64,000 nt of DNA from Basidiobolus meristosporus CBS 931.73 (GCA_002104905.1 MCFE01000281.1:39684-103683); one strand, 5' to 3'. Positions 1-12,444 are shown, numbered from the stretch's first letter. The notes: a model not told the origin generated them from the sequence alone. Numbers and translations are program-made.

Positions 1-561
1 TAGCAGCAGTTAAGCGGGTTGTTAGATATCTAAAAGGAGCAGCTGTTATCTGCTCAAGATACACTTATAAGGATTCAGAATAGAATCTTATTGGATACTC
101 TGATGCTAATTTTGGATGATATTTAGAAGACAGATGTTCCACCACAGGATATACCATTCCTATTGTTGAGGAGCAATTTCATGGAATTCAACAAAGCAAC
201 CAACTGCAGCACTCTCTACCACAGTGGCAGAGTATATGGCAGTCTGTGAAGCTGCAAAAGAAGTACTGTGGCCAAGAAAGATTTTCTTACAGATTTAGGT
301 CTATGTCAAAAAATGCCCATTACATTTTTTCAAGATAATCAAGGATGTATACCATTAGGTAGAAATCCAACTCTTCATGCTGGAACAAAGAACATAGATA
401 TTAGACATCATTTCATTCATGGAGCTATAGAAAACAACGTAGTTAGCTTAGTAGACTATCCTTCAGATGAAACAATTGCAAACATCTATATCAAACCATT
501 AGCTAGAGACAAGTTTGAATATTTTAGATCCAAATTAGGACTAGTTAGTATGAGCATTTAG
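1..561 (+). pseudogene. 3' end of Ty1/copia pol (RT/RNase H), family A1, degenerate
   Basis: ORF 268-561 has the copia RNase H motifs FQDNQGCI and HAGTKNIDIRHHFI. The upstream part encodes a broken KQPTAALSTTVAEY. It is followed by PPT TGAGTGGGAC (563-572) and an LTR. Confidence 0.9.
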
Positions 562-572
562 CTGAGTGGGAC

Positions 573-931
573 TGTTGTAAGAATTTGTGATTACAACTAA
601 GTATTCACCTAACTTAGTCACCTAGATCATTGCCTTCAAATCCTGAGAAATACTGACCAAATTCCATGTTGGGATTTACTTGGAATATTATCACCAAAAT
701 ACCAGGTAACCAGTACATGAAAATTAGATAAGTTGTCCAAGCAGCTACAAACTTTGCACACATGTTCTTGCGACCTTCCTTGACCTATTCTATGGGCTTT
801 TTATGCCAAGACCATGTAAAAGTATAAGTACTTCTTTTATATTCTATAAATCATCAAGTGAAGACCACATAATTGACTAGTCCTACCAATCACATCCAAT
901 CACATCCAATATCTCCAAGACTCTTAGAATA
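573..931 (+). repeat. Copia A1 3' LTR
   Basis: Starts TGTTGTAAGAATTTG right after the PPT and aligns along its length with the LTR at 60281-60629. Confidence 0.85.
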
Positions 932-1471
932 CTACATGCATGAGGCCATTGGGATGCTGTCTATGGACAAGAATAAGACATCAAGTATTAGAAGAAAGAG
1001 CAGAGTGTTGTAAAGAAATGTAATTCAGCCTAAACATTTACCTATCTTAGTCACTTAGCTCATTACTTTCAACTCTTAGAGAAAACTCACCTGATGCTTG
1101 TTAGGATTTAGTTGAAACATTCTCACCAAAAATCAGGTACCCAGTGTTGTAAGAGTGTTGAAAATACTTGAAGATATTAGACTTGTTCCGTTGGATAGTG
1201 CCACATAGTGCCAGCCGGTTTATAGTGCCGGATCAATCTGGCACTCTACAGCACTATCTGGCACTATAATTTCTACCATGATGCCAGTGGTATGATACAG
1301 TTACTGGTAATTTTACTCAATCTTACTTATGTTGCTCAGAATAGTGCTTTCCTTGCTTTATTTACTCTTCATAATGCTCCAGACACATTTCTCTCAGTGG
1401 ATGTCTTCTTGTATGAACATACTGTGCATTGATAAGTATCTTAACTATTTTACCTATTCTGCTGTTTTCTC

Positions 1472-2245
1472 CTATATATGACTTTCCTCTGTATTTACCT
1501 GCCAATAGCTGAATCTCTTCAGATATCCAAATGTGTGCTCTACCCTTGCTCTGAAATGATTAAATATCTCATTGTAGAGCTTCTGCTTCCTGCTAAGCAC
1601 ACCATTCCTTGGCTTCCTATAAGCTGTAATACATCCTAATCTCTGACAATCCTCTCCTATATAGGCCAAGTCTGCCATACATTTCTCCCCTCTACTGAAT
1701 TCAGGATGATTCTCTACCCAGAGTGCTTTGTCATGCCTACTTCCAGCAAATGGCCCACTAAACCAGATGATGTTACCCTCAATGTCAGACAGTGCTTGAA
1801 ACTTCACACAGTGTGCCTTGTACTTGCCAGAATAAAAGTGCCTCTGCCCTCTAGAAGGTCTGTTAATCCTCACTGGGAAGGTATCCAAAATACTCCTGAT
1901 ATGGAACCTGTTGCTGAACACTCTGGGATATGGAAGTCTATTGGAGCTTCTGAACCTAGTATTCCAAGCTTGCTCTAAGTCATTCATACCCTCTGCAAGG
2001 TGGTTCTCCATTGCTGTCAGCTGGGAATGAAAGCTTCTAGGACTTTTGTTGCCATGGATGGTGGGATGAAACCTTGTAGGGCAATAGTTCTTGTAATAGC
2101 AGAGAAGCTTAACAAGGGATCTCCTTGAGTAGATTGGGGTTGATGGTCCACAGTACTTGTAATAGATCTCCTCCAGTGTGTCAAAAGGAAATCCAGTGGT
2201 AGTGATGGGATTGATGAGAAAAGACCATTCAGATGAGTAAGTCAT
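1472..2245 (-). CDS. DDE_Tnp_4-family transposase (IS5/ISL2-like); frameshifted near the C-terminus, true stop probably at 1362
   Basis: Motifs ILDTFPV, FYSGKYKAHCVKFQ, GSRHD, MADLAY and RARVEHTFGYLKR. The sister-copy ORF 38357-38635 shows the frame continuing as ...SIL..KY...GKIVKI...RHPLR, which implies a 1-bp deletion at about 1510 in this copy. Confidence 0.9.
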   Translation of the reverse strand: MTYSSEWSFLINPITTTGFPFDTLEEIYYKYCGPSTPIYSRRSLVKLLCYYKNYCPTRFHPTIHGNKSPRSFHSQLTAMENHLAEGMNDLEQAWNTRFRSSNRLPYPRVFSNRFHIRSILDTFPVRINRPSRGQRHFYSGKYKAHCVKFQALSDIEGNIIWFSGPFAGSRHDKALWVENHPEFSRGEKCMADLAYIGEDCQRLGCITAYRKPRNGVLSRKQKLYNEIFNHFRARVEHTFGYLKRFSYWQVNTEESHI

Positions 2246-2697
2246 ATTAAAATTGATGGATGATTGTATGGTGGCGGTTTGAATTGATTTGGCGCAATCT
2301 GCGTTATTTATCTGATTTTTAACACATTATGGTTAAATCTCCATCAATTGCCATGTATCCCATCATTATGTTGCAAAAATCATCCGCAAACAATGCCTTG
2401 GTACTTTTATTGATGCTTTAATCATAGGTCTATAATCAAATAGGAAATCTGCAATTGATGTGATCTGATCCGTGTCAACGCGATCCAAGATGCATCATGC
2501 ATAATATATGGAAAATTCAACAATCACTTTAGTTTTCATATATATTTCATATAAGACCAGGTTGATGCCAATATACTGCTGTATAAGTATCCAAATCTGT
2601 TGCTATGGTCCCCATACCAAGCCTCAACTCATCTTTAGTACAACCCAGACAAAACCCATCCCCCAGCTCACAAGCGCGGTCCAGACCGGAAAAGTCA
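2246..2697. promoter_or_regulatory. Putative bidirectional promoter between transposase and companion ORF
   Basis: Spacer between two divergent starts; CpGs reappear here from about 2274. Positional inference only. Confidence 0.4.
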
Positions 2698-3846
2698 ATG
2701 TCGGATCCGTTTGAGTTCTCGCCAAATGATTTTAGTATGGCCCAAGTGTCTATGATGAGCCTTCATACAGATATTTGGGCACTACTGATTAATCTAGCAG
2801 AACTAGATACCTCAGAGAGTCAACAAAGATGGAAGAATTTGAGTAGAAAGCTGTGGCATGAGTTCTACATCAAGATGCCAGCCAATGTATGTAAAAAGAT
2901 ATATAACAAGACAAGTATTGAAATCAAGAATGAGCTGAGAGTGAGGGGATTTGACGAGGAAGCCGCGCGGGAACGATTTTGCGCGCAATTTGCACAGTAC
3001 GGGCCGGACGCGTCCATTTGTGCCTCAACTTTGGGAACCAAAGAGATTTTGAATGAGTTTTTGCCTCAAATGACTAATGTACTACGTGATATATTAGTAG
3101 AGCTAAGTGGCTTCCAAGAGCAATATACACAGGACTCATCCAGGCAACAGCTCCAAAGTATCAGACAGAGGGTAAGTGAATACCTTGAGGAATCAGATGG
3201 TGAGCTTCAGGAGGAAGAATACAGACCACAAGCAACATCGTCCAGATTGCGCCAGCATGCCTTGCTGGATTCCCTACCATCTCTTGCAACCACAGCGCGC
3301 CGGCGCACGTCAGTCCAGACCACGCCAACACCCTTTACCAGAACGCCCCACGTCGAGTCAACGCACGTGCTTCAGAGCAAAACTACCAGAACTCGCCAAA
3401 CTGCTCATTTAGACACAAGTCCATTGGAGCGGACCAAGTTGCATCAACATGCGGCATCACATTGAACTCAGCCAAGGGCCATCTCAACGCGTCAAGGTGC
3501 GCCTGCGCGTGCCGTTTTGCCTGACCATCAGCGAGTTACTTCTGGTGAACTGACTGATGATGACCAACATGAAGTGACTCAACCACCGGAGCCCTTGGCA
3601 AGTAAAAGAACGCGTCAGCGCGTGGCACTACAGGCCGGTTCAGTTGGTTCAGTTGGTTCAGTCGGAGCGATTCAGCGCGGCCAAGCTGCAGCATTGCACT
3701 CATCAACTAGGAGGCAAAATACTGACTCCAAATACACAAGTAGCCAAGATGATAGTCAGCCAGGAAGTAGTATAGGTGTGCAAAGTGAGTCACTACCAAA
3801 TGCTTCAGTAGTAATCCCTGTGAGAAAAAAACCCAGGAGAAGATAA
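2698..3846 (+). pseudogene. Companion ORF2 of the Harbinger-like element (~382 aa; helical N-terminus, S/T/Q/R-rich tail) with one in-frame TGA at 3463-3465
   Basis: ORFs 2605-3465 and 3517-3846 are in the same frame and the interval between them is open. The likely start is MSDPF at 2698. QQRWKNLSRK weakly recalls the last helix of Myb/SANT-trihelix domains, which is not established. Confidence 0.7.
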
Positions 3847-4872
3847 TGCAATCGCTTTGAATTGCTCATATTCGTAATGATCCCAACAACCCTTTTTTTT
3901 TGCGATCCGAATCGAGCCATTGCAAATCAGTGATCATCAAATTTTTGATATAAGTAATATCAAGGTCGTCTCACATTTGAGACAGAACCCCTATAAATAA
4001 ACACCCTGCATATATATACGTCATCTGTAATACCAGTGCAGCTATTGGATCTGTTTTGCACCTACACAATTGCTTGCGTGCTAGCTATGACACCTTGCCC
4101 AATCACTAGGATCAGGGATTTACTTGCTCAATGGGCAAAATGGGATATTTGATGGCAAATCAGGTAGCTTTTTCAGTAGTCAATGAGCCAATTGGGGGCT
4201 GCCAGCTTCAGGATACTTTTGGACCAATTAACCACTGAGATACCGTCCAATTAGAGTGAGAGTAACCAAAATGGTAAGTATCAGTGTAGTTTATAGTGTG
4301 ATACACATTTATTTCCATTTACATTAAAGAAACATATCCAAATACCGGATTTTACCTGCCATTATAGCGGTATCCGATTGCGCACGTGATGCAAGCATTA
4401 CGAGTTGGCGCAATCATCCGCGCCAACCTCATCGTGTCAGATTGTGCCATAGTGTGCGAGATCATCCCGCATAGTGCGAAATTGTCCAAGAACGATCCTG
4501 CCTTCTGGTAGCTATAATATTGCGCCCGATTGTTCTTTGCAACCGCGGATCGCGCCGCGCGCCCTGGCACGGTACGATGGAACAAGTCTATTTGGAGAGC
4601 AAGTAGTATGAGTGGCTTTTGCCAAATTATTACTGAATATAAAATAATATTTGTACTATTACACAATTGTAGTAAGTAAGCATATAGGCTATAAAGGTCC
4701 TAGGAATATGAATCCCAAGCTTAGGGCTGTTTAGACAAAAATGCAAAATCTCACATTCTGGGACCTTAATGTTTGTGTGGAAATTTTTCAATCAAATCCC
4801 AACATGAAATTTGGTAAGAATTCTCCTAGATAGGTAGGTACTAATACTGAATATGCTTAGGATGATTCTGAG

Positions 4873-5530
4873 TGTTGCAAGAGTCTTGAAGATAATGGAA
4901 GTGACTAGGAGAGCCAGTAGATTATGTGATATTCACATAACAATTTTATGAATGTAAAAGAATTATTTATACCTTTAAGTAGCCTTGGCATAGTAAGCTC
5001 ATAAATAGACTAAGGAAGGTCCAAAGAGCATTTGTGCAAAAATTTGGGCTGCTTAGACAACTTTGATAATTCTCATGTTTTGGGTACCTGCTATTTTGGT
5101 GATTATATTCTAAGTAAATCCCAACAAGGAATTTGGTCAGTATTCTTTGGGATCTGTAGGTAATCTGATTTCAATGCAAAGATATTCTTAATCAATCCCA
5201 ACAAGGAATTTGTTATTACTCTCTAAGATTTCTAGGTAATGACTTAAGTAACTAAGTTAGGTGAGTATTTAGGTGAAATTGCAAGCTTTTACAGCACTCT
5301 CACTCAGCTACATGCTCATACTGACTAGTCCTTATTTTGACCTAAGATATTCAAATTTGTCTGTATCAGATGGTTTGGTAGGTTTGTCGGCAATCATTTC
5401 ATTTGTAGAATAATAAGTAAGTAAGGTTAGCTATGCTATGCTCTATAGCTTCTTGTATAAAATATATCTAAAATTTATGTGCTTGGTCATAACATGAGAA
5501 GTTTGATCTTGACCTACTGAGATAAATTAA
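4873..5530 (-). mobile_element. Copia A1 relic: LTR (4873-5296), PPT and RNase H end
   Basis: Reverse-complement of the A1 LTR, then CTCTCACTCAG (PPT) and the reverse-complement of the LGLVSMS coding end. Confidence 0.75.
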
Positions 5531-5587
5531 ACTGATTGCACCTAACCAATCCAACTCATTCTCACACAATCACCTACCAATATTTAT

Positions 5588-6296
5588 ATGACTTGCTCAT
5601 CTGAGTGGTCCTTTGTCATGAACCCCACTACTACTACTGGATTCCCATTTGGCATATCACAGGAGAGCTATATCAAGTACTCTAGATAATTTTCCACCAT
5701 CTACTCAAGGATATCCCTTATAAGCTACTTGGTTGCTACAAGAACTATTGCTTGCAAGATTGTATCCCACTATATATGGCAACAAAGTCCCAGAAGCTTT
5801 CATTACCTAGCTAACAGCAATGAAGAATTACCTTTCAGAGGGTATGAATGGCTTAATCCAAACTTGAAATAGTAGGTTCTGAATCTCTATTGAACTTTCA
5901 TATCCCAGAGTACTCAGCAAAAGGCATCATATCAGGAGTATTTTGGAGGCCTTCTCAGTACTGATCAACAGATCTTAAAGAGGGCAAAGGCATTTTTACT
6001 CTGGTAAATGCAATGCTAACTGTGTGAGGCTCCAAGTACTGTTGGACATTGTGGGTAACATCATTTGGCTCAGTAGGCTATTTTCTGGGAGTAAGCATGA
6101 TAAAGTGTTACAGACAGAGAACCATCCAGAATTTGGTGAAGGGGTGAATATATGGCAGACTTGGCTTACATGTGAAGGGATTTCCATAAACTAGGTTGCA
6201 TTACAGCCTATGGGGAGCCAGCAATAGTGTGCTCAGTCAGAAGCAGAAGCTGTAAAATGAGTTATTTGAGCATTTCAGTGTGACAGTAGTGCATAT
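5588..6296 (+). pseudogene. Second, degenerate copy of the DDE_Tnp_4 transposase (5' part)
   Basis: Translates as MTCSSEWSFVMNPTTTTGFPF ... ENHPEF ... MADLAY ... LGCITAY ... QKQKL, matching 1472-2245, with stops and frameshifts. Confidence 0.85.
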
Positions 6297-7262
6297 TCCT
6301 ATGAAAAGTTATTGTAATGATCCCATCAAAAGACCATCTCAAATTTAAATGATCATGTCAGGGCACCATCCAGAGACTGTTGAAAAATAATTGCACCACC
6401 GATTTCACAAAAAACCTAGTCAAAATTTCTCATCATAACAATATATAAGTGGCTTTTGCTTAGTTCCCTGCCAATTTGCTCACTGTCTGATCCCACACAC
6501 ACTCTATTACCTTTTATGCTGGTGTGCATTGATTGATTATGGCCTCTGTTTCACACTCCTTACATCCTGACCCAACTGTTTCACTTACTTTTCATGCATA
6601 TAAATTGATTGATTTCCATTGAAACTTCAGTTGTGCCTCAATTGCCAATTACATTGATCTATACAAGTCCCTCTACCATACACTTACACTAAGTCTAGCC
6701 CCACACTCAACAGGTAACTCCATTAAGTTCACCACTTAATAAGTATTTTTGCTGTGACACTCTGATTCACAACTGTAGCAGGAACCCAACAGCTTTATGC
6801 CACTGTTTATTCACTGATTCCCACATGTCCGGGTCTTCAGCTGGCACTGCAAGGTCTAGCACCTCATATGCCAGTCTTTGCAATAAATCCTTGCAATATT
6901 CCAGTGTGTTTTCTTGAGCACTACTCTTGAAGAAGTGCTGCAACCTCTTGGTGTGCCTATTTATGTTCCAAAATTCCACTGATGGCATTGTTATAGTCTT
7001 TTGAGTTCTTGATGTTGTAGCCTTAACTGCTGATGGGATCTCCACTCTGTCAATAATGAAGGGTGTAGAGGCTGTGGTAGACAAATTGTCTTTTTCTGCA
7101 AACACATCTACTTTGCTGGAGTGTAGCTCAACTGTCTGTGCTTACAACTCTTGTGAAAGCAGCGGTTTTCTTGTTGGTAATTATTCTTGGGTATGATGGG
7201 ATTCAGTCTGTTCCAGGCATGCAGCATTAATTGGCCAGAACTGCATTTTTTTTGTGTGCTTC

Positions 7263-10082
7263 TGTTGTAAGAGTCTTGGCAATATTGGAAGTGATTGGGA
7301 GAACAAGTAGATTATGTGGTTTTCACTTAATGATTTATTTAATATAAAAGTAATATTTATACTTTTACATGGTCTTAGCATAAACAACATGTAGAATAGG
7401 TTAATAAAGGTCCCAAGAGCATGTGTGCACAGCTTGGGGCTGTTTGGACAACTTTGAGGATTTTCAAGTTCTGGGTACCTGGTATTTTGGTGAAAATATT
7501 CTAAGTAAATCCCAACAAGGAACTTGATCAGTATTCTCTACAATTTTAAGGGTAATGATTGAAGTGACTAAGCTAGGTGAATATTTAGGTGGAATTACGA
7601 ATTTTTAAAACACTCCCACTCAGCTAAATGCTCATACTGACTAGTCCTAATTTTGACCTAAGATATTCAAACTTATATCTAGCTAATGGTTTGGTAAATA
7701 TTTCTGCAATCATTTCATCAGAAGGACAGTGAGCTAAGCTAACTAAGTTATTCTCAATAGCTTCATGTATGAAATGATGTCCAATATCTATGTGCTTAGT
7801 TCCAGCATGAAAAGTTGGATTTCTACTTAATTGTATAAATCCTTGATTATCCTGAAACAAAGTAGTAGGCATTTTCGATATGGGCCCAAGTCTGTAAAAA
7901 GCCTTATCAACCATATTGCTTCTTTGTAGCTTCAAAGGCTGTCATATACTCTGCCTCTGTGGTAGAAAGTGCTACAGTTGGTTGTTTTCTTGAATTCCAT
8001 GAAATTGCTCCTTTGCAGTAAAGAAAGGTGTATCCTATGGTGGATCTTCTGTCCTCTAAATTTTGTCCCCAATCTGCACCAGAGTATCCCACGTGATCCT
8101 GCTCTGAATTCTTTTAAGTGTATCTTAAGCAGATATCATCAGTTCCTTTTACGTATCTAAAAATTGGCTTAACTGCTGCAGTAAGATCAGATCCATAGTT
8201 CTGATTAGGTTGGCTGACAGCTTCCACAAAATATGAGATATCTGGACATGTTCCAAGCATGATATATATCCAAATGCTGACTATAGACTGATAAAGAAAG
8301 TCAGGGCTTTTAGATGGCACCAAGCACTATTGATTTGGCAGAATTTTGACCAAGCTAAGGTTTGTCTCCACTGGGGTAGCTGCCGGCTTACAGTCTTCCA
8401 TTTTGTACCACTTTAGTGTATCTTGCATATACTTTGATTGGCTCAGGGTAATAGTCTGGGTACTTCTATCTATGGAGAACCTAATCCCTAAGTAATAACT
8501 GAGTTATCCTAGATTGGCACTCTTGAACTCCTTGGATAGGCTGGACTTAGTCTCTTCCAATGTTTCTAAGTTATTGGTGCCTATAATAAGATCATCCACA
8601 TACAGAGCTTATAGAACTGGACTTGCTCTATTTGGCTTATAGTATGTACTATAGTCAGCATTGCTCCTTTGGAAACTCAAAGATTCCAAATAAGAATCTA
8701 TCTTACAATTCCAGGCTCTTGGTGATTGTTTGAGACCATATAGTTACTTTTTAAGGTTGCAGACCAAATGAAGGTTATCTTGGTCAACAAACCCATCAGG
8801 CTGGTCTATATACACATCCTCATCAAGTTCACCACTCAGAATTGCAGTTTTTACATCCATTTGATGAATAAAAAACTTATATTTGGCTGCAATAGCCAAT
8901 ATTAATCTGATGATATTAAACTTGGCTATGGGTGCAAAGGTCTCCATATAGTCTAGTCCTTTTGTTTGAAGTATTCTTTGGCCACAAGTCTTGCTTTGCA
9001 TCTTTCAATTGTACCATCAGCCTTATATTTTGTCTTGAAGACCCATATGCATCCAACTGATTTTTGGTTGATTGGTTTGACTAAGTTCCATGTTTGAATT
9101 TCCATCAGGGCCTGATATTCCTCAGTCCTTGCAGATCTCCAAAGCTTTGTCTGAGGGCTATTTAGGGCCTTTTTTACAGTCTGGGGCTCATCAATATGGA
9201 CTTAATAGGAGTAGGCTAAGTTTGTACCCTCATTGATATAGTAATTTGGCCTTTTTCTTGTCTGATTGAGTCTCAGGGCTTTTGATACTGGAATGATCAC
9301 TTCTGGAGTATACCTGGGCACTGCTTCAGACTGGACCATGGTTGTAGAGTCCTGTGGAGTGAAAAAACTTTCATTGCGTTCCTATGATTCAATCCTGACA
9401 ATTGATGAACATGAGATCAGATGTTTGCCAACATGTGATGTCATTTTTTTTGAAAATTTTGAATTTTCATCAAACAACACATCCCTGGACTTACTTAGCT
9501 TCTTTGCTTTGGTATTGTGGAGTCTGTATGCTTTGCTCTCATTTCAGTAGCCAAACAATATGCATTTTACATTTAGACTAAAATTTTAACAGATTTCTGG
9601 AATGTTGCTTGGCATATGCTGTACATCCAGTTATTCTTAGATGCTCTGCACTTGGTCTGTATCCATACTATGCTTCAAGTGGAGTAGAACTACAAAGTAT
9701 TCTGTAATAACTCCTATTTCTAAGGTGCACAGCAGTGGCAACTAATTCTGCCCAAAAATCATAGGATAATTTTTTATCATGGATCATAGATCTTGCCATA
9801 CTAATTATTGATCTGTTAGCACGTTCTGCTACTCCATTGTGTTGTGGGGAGTATGGTACAGTAGTCTCTTGCTTTATCCCATGAATCTTGCAGAAGTGGA
9901 TGAAGAGTTTTGAGGTGTATTCACCACCATTATCAGAGTGTGTTTTCTTGATTTTTTCACCAGGTTCTCTCCACCATGGCTTTGAGCTCCCTGATGTTGG
10001 ACAGCACTTTTCCTTTCTCTACATGAGGTAAACCCATGTCTGTCTTGTATAATCATCAATAAAAGTGATTAAATACTTCATC
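7263..10082 (-). mobile_element. Copia A1 relic: 3' LTR 7263-7612, PPT, and integrase-RT-RNase H pseudogene
   Basis: ORF fragments 7624-7935, 7907-8092, 8114-8323 and 8744-9001 (HQMDVKTA, RKQPTVALSTTEAEY) are near-identical in type to the 60634 copy. Truncated by LTR-C. Confidence 0.9.
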
Positions 10083-11270
10083 TGTTGTGTTGTATTATGA
10101 TTAGTTTGGGGCTTGTTCTACAATGTAGAGGCTAATCAACAATATACAACAACTTCCAGTATGCTAATACTGAAATAGTTTATTGGGAGTTTGATATACC
10201 AATAGAAGATATAACTTTCACTAATTTCCTCAATCTTAGGCTCAAAATATACTGTAGGCAGTGTTTATCACTTCTACAGTAGTGTTCTGACCTTCTGTTG
10301 ACTAATGGGCTTATTTACTTTTATAGTAACTTTTCCTTATTTAGAAGTCACTTTCCTTTCTGAGAGAATATTTCCTAATATGGATATTCTGAACTCCCCT
10401 TTAACCTAAATGGCTGTGTTTTAGAAGTCTCTAAAGGGGTGTCTAAAGGGGTGTCTTTAGAGTAAAGGGGCTTCTTGTAGTGGTCTCTAATGTGGACTTT
10501 ACACTAAAGGGGTGCCTAAAGGGGCTTCTTTAGAGTAAAGGGATTTCTTAAAGGGGTCTCTAAAGGGGTGTCTAAAGGGGTTTCTTGGAGGGCACTTTTC
10601 TGACAGAAAAGTGGTAGTTTCTTGTAGTACTTAGATTGGATTCTTGTGAGCTTTGCAGTCTCTTTACTGATGTAGTACCAATCAAAGTCAGAATACTCAA
10701 CAGTGCAAGTGATGCAGAGGAAGTCTTATAACCTTTAAACTTGTAATTGTAGTGTGGAGATTCTGGAAAGAGAGGCTCTCCTTTATTTTTCAGCTGGGGA
10801 AGTCATATATATGAAAATATTGAAGGATCAAAGTTTTTAGGCAATTGCGCAAGCAATACATGTGATACAAAGCTAAAATTTTGCAGTGGCGCAGATTGGA
10901 CATAGGCGCAGCACCTGTGAGCATCTCACGTGATTTGATTAGCTAGCTCAAAAGTTACATGCAATCAAAGTCACCCTAGTAATCTTAGCAATAAGGCATA
11001 GTATATATAATAATTGGACTCTTTTGGTCATAACTCCTTAAGTACTGCTTCAAATGAGCTGTAATTTGAAATATGTGTTGGCTACTATGTGTTCTGTATG
11101 ACATAATATTCTTAGGTGGATTGCTTGTCAGGGTCTGGAGCATTTGTTCTTCAAAGTTGGAAATTCTTGATCTTTCACTTGTGTGTTATGATAGCAAAAA
11201 GCAAAATAAAGAAATGAGTGCAATATTGGTTTAGAGATAATGTAGTAATGGAATACTTTCCATAACCACA
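10083..11270. repeat. Solo LTR family C (~1.19 kb, TG...CA) with internal TAAAGGGG array
   Basis: TGTTGTGTTG...ACCACA, homologous to 39432-40644 (inverted) and 47255-48351. Left flank CATC; right flank does not match. Confidence 0.8.
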
Positions 11271-11373
11271 AGTCTCCCCTAACTTTGAGAAATAATGTCC
11301 TCATTATTACTTCTGATATGGAACTTCTTCAATCTCATATTCAAATACCGGATTTTACCTACCACTATAGTGG

Positions 11374-12444
11374 TGTGGTGGTGTATAGGTCCAAGGGAGA
11401 AATACATCCAACACTTCTCAAGTGTTTTGTGTGTGGGATGTTCACTGGGTGCAATAACCTCTGGCAAAAGCTTGCTAGGAATACTTGGGTTCTGTCTCTA
11501 ATCTAACGTGATGGGGAATAAAGCCACAAGCTTGTCAAGGGAAAACTATTGAGCTCCAATCCCCAACTTAGTTGGTGTCTTAACAAAAGTATGTGCTGGG
11601 TTCAGCATCCTTTGAGATGACAATGTAATAAAGCTTCCAAAATCAAAACAACTGTAAACTCCACCAGCAGGGACTTGATAAGAATGTAGCTGTGGTCAAT
11701 AGTTACAAAGACAGAAAAGTATCTTTGCCTGTACAAGAACAAACTTGGGAAAGAATCAAATATAATAAAAGATACCTACTCTGAGTATTCCTCACAAGTA
11801 GTGCCTCCAAGGTCAGTTGGCTGTCAGCGCAGTTTCCTGGGAGTGTCCTGTAGTCTGGGGTTGGAAGTTCAGGTGGCAGCAGGTAGCAGTGAACACACTA
11901 ATCAACAAGTTGGTATATTGATAAAAGGGATGATGATTTATTGTTGAGGGATAGCCTCCCTTATATACTTTTCTCACTGGCTAAGTGATTACTAAGCATG
12001 GTATTCCAGAAGGTTCTGGATATCAATAGAAATCTTAACAACATCAGAATGACCTAAGAATGTTCTAAGTAGGTGCCAGAAGGTTCTAAGAGGCACAGCA
12101 CATCCAACCAATCAGGAATCAGTATTCTGAAACCTGTGTAACATGGGGATACCATATATGGTATGGAAATGGTAGGGATGGTGACACGCATTGATCATGT
12201 GTCACAGGTACTGGTGCAGGTACTTGCCTAATATAGAAGCACTTATAGCTAGTAATCTTACATAAAGTGAGGGGTAACTTATGCAATAAGGTAAGCAGGT
12301 GTGATAGTCCACCGGCTGATGGGATAGTAATGATTGGGTCAGACAAATGGGATAAAACTACAATAAGTGTAGTAGAGATATAGGGAAGTAGAAAATAAGG
12401 GAATGAGCACATCTGTCAGTGGGTGTCACTGTCACCCCACTACA
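11374..12444. repeat. Solo LTR family D (~1.07 kb) with 4-bp TSD GTGG
   Basis: TGTGGTGG...CCACTACA inverted termini; GTGG at 11370-11373 and 12445-12448. It splits a copy of the Harbinger right end. A second copy lies at 15027-16061. Confidence 0.8.

Larger units (their letters stand above)
1178..4590. mobile_element. PIF/Harbinger-ISL2EU-type (DDE_Tnp_4) two-gene DNA transposon, ~3.4 kb
   Basis: A 12-bp perfect TIR TAGACTTGTTCC (1178-1189 / 4579-4590) plus GTGCCA at the same offset in both ends. Contains a transposase and a divergent ORF. The flanks (1145-1177 and 4591 onward) rejoin into a decayed minus-strand A1 LTR. Confidence 0.85.

Noticed and set aside
1706-1978. 90-aa plus-strand ORF
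   Set aside because: Antisense shadow of the transposase; no motifs.
1178-4590. Bacterial IS5 insertion or contamination
   Set aside because: It is inserted in a eukaryotic LTR and has decayed sister copies and a MITE in the same window, so it is a resident eukaryotic family.
4352-4666. 104-aa minus-strand ORF
   Set aside because: Spans the TIR and runs into the flanking LTR relic, so it cannot be an element gene. It is a by-product of the GC-rich terminus.
10428-10585. Telomere or interstitial telomeric repeat
   Set aside because: The units are irregular, spaced by other motifs and confined to the same position inside an LTR family.
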